A DNA stretch of 64,000 nucleotides from Candidatus Latescibacterota bacterium. Its GTDB lineage: Bacteria > Latescibacterota > UBA2968. The notes beneath the pieces are model-generated. The model had not been told where the DNA came from. It did not search any database and saw nothing but the letters and a program-made list of their open reading frames with translations. Both the position numbers and the translations under genes were made by a program. Of the stretch, positions 59,090-64,000 are shown one piece after another. Location: positions 5,376,001 through 5,440,000 of the forward strand of contig OZ220741.1 of the NCBI GenBank assembly GCA_965116885.1, read 5' to 3'. Within the stretch, counting starts at the first letter, position 1. Each line of letters begins with the position of its first letter.

Positions 59090-59355
59090 AAACATTCTCC
59101 CTACAAATTACATATCGCAAGGGCAAACCATTTGCTGCCTATATTTATCTTTCTCATCGGTGCGGACAGAAAAGTGTACGCACCGAAGCGATAACAGAAG
59201 ACCTGCTCATAGACTATGCTCAAGACGGTACACCTCTTGGAATTGAGATCGTCTCGCCCGGAATAGTGAGTATAGAAGAGATACAGGCCGTTTTTGATCG
59301 TTTAGGACTTGGCAGACCGGAACCCGTAGAGTTGGAACCGCTCAATGCAGCGTAA
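59086..59355 (+). CDS. DUF2283-like putative antitoxin
   Basis: AAYIYL...LLIDYAQDGTPLGIEI; overlaps the partner gene (ATGA). Confidence 0.75.
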   Translation: MKTFSLQITYRKGKPFAAYIYLSHRCGQKSVRTEAITEDLLIDYAQDGTPLGIEIVSPGIVSIEEIQAVFDRLGLGRPEPVELEPLNAA

Positions 59356-59373
59356 CTTTAATTGGGGATATTA

Positions 59374-60174
59374 TCAATACCCAATCCCCCGCAAATACTC
59401 GCGGTTGGACTTTGCCGCTTCTGCGGCGGGTTTGGGCGGATACGGGCGGTCGAGTTCTACGGACACCCACCCATCGTAGCCCACGTCTTCCAACTTCTCC
59501 AGTGCCGCCCGTGCGTCAAACCCCATATTTCCCGCGCCGAGTTCTGCGAATCGCGCCTCCTCATTAAACTGCCCCGTGCGGTGATTCCAGGACGCGGGAT
59601 CATTGGCGTGCACATCCTTCAAATGCACATGCCCGATCCGATCTCGCAACACATCGCGCTCAAAAACCTGCATCGGATCGCTACCTGCCGCCAGCATGTG
59701 TCCCGTATCGTAGAGCAACCACAAATCGGGCGCTGCCGTCATCAATCTCTCGGCATCCTCAACCGTCTCAATCAACGTCCGCATATGCGCGTGGTGGAAA
59801 CCCTTCACATTGTGTGCCCTGCAATACGCCAGCACATCATCGAGCGAACGAGCCGCATTTTCAACATCTTCATCACTCGGATCATCGCCCCCCCACATCG
59901 CGCGACGACACGACGGCACCTCTGCCGCATCATTACCCAACGCGATATTGTACCGAACCCGATCAAGCGGACTCGGTCCCCCCACATTGACCAGATGCAA
60001 ACCATTCTTCCTCGCCAGATTGGCTTTAGCAACCAGATCATCGCCACTGTCGATCTTCAACCCCTCCACCCCATCCCATCCGGCCTCAGCCACCTCTGCC
60101 AGCACCTTCTCGGGATTTTCGTGCTGCTCGCCCCGAAACTGAATCAAATGACAAGCCAGTCTAAATTTGCCCAT
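59374..60174 (-). CDS. Sugar phosphate isomerase/epimerase TIM barrel (IolE-like)
   Basis: GWDGVE, HHAH, DTGH, HVHLKD, ELGAG, GWVSVELD. Confidence 0.88.
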   Translation of the reverse strand: MGKFRLACHLIQFRGEQHENPEKVLAEVAEAGWDGVEGLKIDSGDDLVAKANLARKNGLHLVNVGGPSPLDRVRYNIALGNDAAEVPSCRRAMWGGDDPSDEDVENAARSLDDVLAYCRAHNVKGFHHAHMRTLIETVEDAERLMTAAPDLWLLYDTGHMLAAGSDPMQVFERDVLRDRIGHVHLKDVHANDPASWNHRTGQFNEEARFAELGAGNMGFDARAALEKLEDVGYDGWVSVELDRPYPPKPAAEAAKSNREYLRGIGY

Positions 60175-60193
60175 ATTTATGTCCTTTCTGAAA

Positions 60194-60224
60194 GCGGGCG
60201 ACCACAGGGGGTCGCCCCTACAAT
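60194..60224 (-). repeat. GTAG-family REP element
   Basis: GCGGGCGACCACAGGGGGTCGCCCCTACAAT, identical to 60966-60996. Confidence 0.85.
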
Positions 60225-60862
60225 TACACTTCATCCACCGTCCGATGCGCGAAGGCATTCCACACACCGGCCAGATCGTGAACGGCCTTAAACATCGGAT
60301 AAAGCGCGTCCCACATCGCATCTCGCGCTTTGAATGCGGCTTCCCTATCGCCCTCTGCGAATGCCTTCTTAAAAGCCGCCACTTGTGCGCGCTGCGTCTC
60401 TGCTGTCTGTTCTACACGCGCGACAAAATCCTCCACAGACTGCAGATGTTCATCTGCTCTCGCATCTGCATCAACGCTCAAATCCATCTCCTGATCATAA
60501 GAAAAAGAGTTCGCAAATCGCGGCGGCTCCTTCTCCCCCTCTGCCGTCCAATACGTATGCGTAGGCAAAATATGCGGCGTCACCGACAAATACATAATCA
60601 CCTCATCATCGCCCACATTGCGCACCGTATGCGCCTCATCCGTCAGAGCAATACACATCTGTCCGGGACCCAACACCTCCTTGTGCCCTTCGATATCAAA
60701 CTCTGCCTGCCCTTGCAAAATCAGAAAAATCTCGTGCCCCAAATCGTGCGTATGGCTCTGATTGAACTGCCCCACCTCCATCTTCAAAAACCGCGAACGA
60801 ATCTGGGACGTCACCAGCATATTGGTAATATCCTTGCGATAGTCAAAAACTTGAAATGGCAT
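60224..60862 (-). CDS. Cupin domain protein with a helical C-terminus
   Basis: HTHDLGHEIFLILQG...PGQ...H.VRN. Confidence 0.8.
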   Translation of the reverse strand: MPFQVFDYRKDITNMLVTSQIRSRFLKMEVGQFNQSHTHDLGHEIFLILQGQAEFDIEGHKEVLGPGQMCIALTDEAHTVRNVGDDEVIMYLSVTPHILPTHTYWTAEGEKEPPRFANSFSYDQEMDLSVDADARADEHLQSVEDFVARVEQTAETQRAQVAAFKKAFAEGDREAAFKARDAMWDALYPMFKAVHDLAGVWNAFAHRTVDEV

Positions 60863-60965
60863 GATATACTCCTTTTAACATAAACAACAAATCCCTCTGC
60901 TTCTTCATCCCCGCACGCCAATGATTCTTGCTTCAAAATCCCAAACACAGCATATTACGCCCTGC

Positions 60966-60996
60966 GCGGGCGACCACAGGGGGTCGCCCCTACAAT
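60966..60996 (-). repeat. GTAG-family REP element
   Basis: Identical to 60194-60224. Confidence 0.85.
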
Positions 60997-61017
60997 CACA
61001 CCAACCGAAAGAAATGC

Positions 61018-62964
61018 ATGAGCCTGCCCAATCCCGCGCCACAGCCTGACCCCGCGTCACACATCACCACCCGCGCCATCATCGTTGGCCTGATCCTGAC
61101 CCTTGTCATCTGCTATTTTGCCACCGACACCACCTATCGCCTTCGCGCATCCCGCGTATCTCTGGGCCACATGCCCATGTCATTGTGGCTGCCATTTCTT
61201 CTCATCTTCCTGATCAATCCCTTGCTCAAAAAAATCCGGGAGAACTGGATGCTTCGCCCGCATGAATTGGGCCTCATCCTCTGTATGGGATTTATAGGCA
61301 GCGTTTTTCCCACCAAAAACGTCGCCGGGCGCCTGATCGCCGTCCTCGCCAGCCCCTATTACAAAGCCACGCCGGAAAACCGATGGGCGGAATTTACCCA
61401 CGAACACATCCAACCCTGGGCAGTACCCAGCAATCGCGCAGGCGACATCACCAATTTGTGGGAGGGATTGCCAGCACATCTCTCCACCCCCTATCACGTC
61501 TGGGCCGTGCCGCTCTTCTGGTGGTTCACATTTTTCTTCGCGCTATTCATCGCCTGTTTGTGCATCACCGTCATCTTACGCAAACAATGGGTCGAACACG
61601 AACGCATCACCTTTCCCCTCGCACAATTGCCCATCCTGATGATTCGGGATACAGCATCGGGACAAATTGGCTTCACAAAAAACAAATTATTCTGGACGGG
61701 ATTTGGCATCGGCTTATTCATCTTATCCTGGAATATTCTGCCCCTCTTCTGGCACAACCTCCCAATCATACCCATTGGTCCCACCTACCGCACCGCCATC
61801 TCATTTGGACACGACTTTCCCCCGCTACAAGTCAAATTCAACTTTGTCATGGCGGCCTTTGGATATCTCACCAACCTCGAAGTTCTCCTCTCCATCTGGC
61901 TATTCCACATCCTCTCACTCATTGAAATCGGCGCATTAAACCGCTTTGGCATCACAGTGGGCAGAGACTTTGGCAGCGGCCTATTGCTACAGCAAGTCGG
62001 AGGCTTCATCGCATTCGCCCTGTTTGGCCTCTTCATGGCGCGGCAACATATTGGAACCGTCATCCGCGCACTCTGGCAACCCGAGGCCCAGGACAAAACC
62101 GAACTCCTTTCTTACCGCACGGCAGTGATCGGCCTGATCATCTCACTCATCTATGCCAGTGCCTATATGTACGCGCTGGGCATTTCCTTGCTCGGCATTA
62201 CAATACAACTCGGCCTGCTCTTGATCTACTTCATCGGCCTGGCTAAAATCGTCGCAGAAACTGGCCTCGTATATGTCGAAACCCCACTGCGAACCCAGGA
62301 ACTCGCCGCTGCTGCACTCGGCACAAACGTGCAAACCCCCGACCACGTCGGCATGGCACTATCGGCCAACAGCGTGGAAAGCCACCGCGAATACATCCTC
62401 CCGTCTCTCACTCACACCGCCAAAATCCACGACGTATTTCGCTGGCCGCGCAATCGTATGGTCGCCGCCTTAATGCTCGCCTTCATCATCGGCTTTGCCG
62501 TCTCAATTATCTATACCCTCAACCTCTGTTACGGCGCAACCGGCGCCGCCAACATCCGTCACGTCTTTGTATTTGGCGGATACAGCCAGCGCATGTTTGA
62601 CCGCGTCGTCTCCTGGGCATCGGAGCCGACCTCTTTTGGCCGCGTTGAATGGCAATTCATAGCTGCGGGCGCGCTCGGCACCCTGTTTTTGAGCCTCATG
62701 CGCTTGCGCTTTGCGTGGTGGCCCCTCCATCCGGTGGGATTCACAGTGGGATATGTCTATCCCGTCAGAGTCACCGCCTTCACCGTCTTTCTCGTATGGG
62801 CATTCAAATCCATCGTATTGCGCATCGGCGGCATTCGGCTCTACCGCAATTTGCAACCCTTCTTCATCGGCCTCTTAATCGGATACACCCTCGGTGTCGG
62901 CCTCTCCACACTCGTAGATCACATCTACTTCCCCGGCAACGGCCACATGGTGCATTCGTGGTAA
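61018..62964 (+). CDS. DUF6785/DUF6784-type polytopic membrane protein (OPT-like transporter)
   Basis: TTRAIIVG, LRKQWVEHERITFPLAQLP, AETG, WWPLHPVG, LRIGGIRLY...PFFIG. Confidence 0.75.
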   Translation: MSLPNPAPQPDPASHITTRAIIVGLILTLVICYFATDTTYRLRASRVSLGHMPMSLWLPFLLIFLINPLLKKIRENWMLRPHELGLILCMGFIGSVFPTKNVAGRLIAVLASPYYKATPENRWAEFTHEHIQPWAVPSNRAGDITNLWEGLPAHLSTPYHVWAVPLFWWFTFFFALFIACLCITVILRKQWVEHERITFPLAQLPILMIRDTASGQIGFTKNKLFWTGFGIGLFILSWNILPLFWHNLPIIPIGPTYRTAISFGHDFPPLQVKFNFVMAAFGYLTNLEVLLSIWLFHILSLIEIGALNRFGITVGRDFGSGLLLQQVGGFIAFALFGLFMARQHIGTVIRALWQPEAQDKTELLSYRTAVIGLIISLIYASAYMYALGISLLGITIQLGLLLIYFIGLAKIVAETGLVYVETPLRTQELAAAALGTNVQTPDHVGMALSANSVESHREYILPSLTHTAKIHDVFRWPRNRMVAALMLAFIIGFAVSIIYTLNLCYGATGAANIRHVFVFGGYSQRMFDRVVSWASEPTSFGRVEWQFIAAGALGTLFLSLMRLRFAWWPLHPVGFTVGYVYPVRVTAFTVFLVWAFKSIVLRIGGIRLYRNLQPFFIGLLIGYTLGVGLSTLVDHIYFPGNGHMVHSW

Positions 62965-62967
62965 GTA

Positions 62968-63002
62968 AAAAAGGGGTGCCATCGCGCGATGACAACCCCT
63001 TT
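62968..63002. terminator. Hairpin between convergent genes
   Basis: AAAAAGGGGTG-CATCGCGCGATG-ACAACCCCTTT-like stem. Confidence 0.65.
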
Positions 63003-63006
63003 CAAT

Positions 63007-63999
63007 TCAAGATGGTTCTCGAAATGCCTGTTCCCGGATGGTATTTACATACGGATGCCCCGTCTCCTCCATCCAGCTCAAAATGCGGTCTCGCATCGAT
63101 GCGGCGCGCACGCGGTCTCGATACGCCAGATTGTGTTCCTCATGGGGATCATCCGCCAGATTGTAAAGCTCGTCCAAATCGCGCACGTCACCACCTAACG
63201 GCTTCCAATTCAGCACAAACTTCCACGCTCCCTGCCTGAGCATCACACCGCGGTTCATCAAATCCGTAAAAATCTCTTCCCGCGCGACATTGTGCTCACC
63301 CTTCAAAACACCGCCTATACTCTCGCCATCCACCCCATCGGGAATATCCATACCCGCCAGATCCAGCAGCGTGGGCATCACATCAACACTGCTATTCAAA
63401 GAAGTATTCACAGACCCCGCTTCAATTCGCCCGGGCCACCGCACCAAACACGGCACCTTCATCAACGTATCATACCCACAATACGTCAACTTATACACCA
63501 TCCCAAACTGCCCCACCATATCGCCGTGATCCGACACAAACATCACAATCGTATTCTCTGCCTGACCATTGGCATCCAGCGCGTTGAGCACCTGCTCAAT
63601 TTGTGCGTCGATATAACTCACATACCCCCAATAACGCCGAACATAATCCCGCACCTCATCTCTCGACCAGACATCGCGCACATAAGTACGGGCATTATCC
63701 CATTGAAAACGCGGCTTATCCTCCAATGGCGCATCGTAATTATCGGGCAGGGGCACATCGTCCAAATCGTACATCGAATCCCAGGGTTCAGGCGGACAGA
63801 CGGGCAAATGCGGTCCGTAAAAAGACAACACCGCACAAAATGGATTGTCCCGATTAGCATTGAGAAACGACACCATCTCATCGGCAAAAAAGTGCGCCAT
63901 GTGGTGATCTTCCCCCAACAAACTCACACTGTGCTCCCGGTCTGGCGCACTCGGTGCTGCCTGATGATTGCCCACGCGAGGCGCATTTTTAACCTCATC
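63007..63999 (-). CDS. Sulfatase, truncated by the right window edge
   Basis: SFYGPH, YWGYVSYID, VSDHGDM, ELYNLADDPHE; the frame stays open to the window end. Confidence 0.9.
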   Translation of the reverse strand, partial: DEVKNAPRVGNHQAAPSAPDREHSVSLLGEDHHMAHFFADEMVSFLNANRDNPFCAVLSFYGPHLPVCPPEPWDSMYDLDDVPLPDNYDAPLEDKPRFQWDNARTYVRDVWSRDEVRDYVRRYWGYVSYIDAQIEQVLNALDANGQAENTIVMFVSDHGDMVGQFGMVYKLTYCGYDTLMKVPCLVRWPGRIEAGSVNTSLNSSVDVMPTLLDLAGMDIPDGVDGESIGGVLKGEHNVAREEIFTDLMNRGVMLRQGAWKFVLNWKPLGGDVRDLDELYNLADDPHEEHNLAYRDRVRAASMRDRILSWMEETGHPYVNTIREQAFREPS

Positions 64000-64000
64000 G

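Overview
Bacterial chromosome window. The gene content (futalosine menaquinone pathway, seven sulfatases, four PhyH-family dioxygenases, DUF3604, DUF6785-type membrane protein) suggests an uncultured heterotroph such as Latescibacterota or a Poribacteria-like sponge or marine lineage; this is inference only. 1-5 kb: a minus-strand operon of STAS-like/wHTH regulator, NurA, HAS-barrel protein, HerA and a GT2, with a 22-bp palindrome on the predicted transcription start. 5-25 kb: mostly core genes (queE, thrS-infC-rpmI-rplT, zapB-like, zapA, a candidate compact 6S-like RNA, rny, ymdB, xseAB, nadK, recN, mqnE-mqnC-mqnA, rarA) plus an odd sigma70-region-4 locus with micro-ORFs. 25-64 kb: an accessory catabolic region with two type II TA pairs, a tnpB-only IS200/IS605 element, GTAG-type REPs and short tandem repeats. 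Best leads: (1) an ArsC-family selenoprotein with an in-frame UGA at the catalytic Cys and a SECIS-like hairpin, which the ORF track truncates; (2) the STAS-wHTH-led nurA-HAS-herA operon with its candidate operator; (3) a MOSC plus alkyltransferase-like fusion; (4) an HxG PhyH-family halogenase candidate. All calls were made by eye from motifs; no database searches were run.
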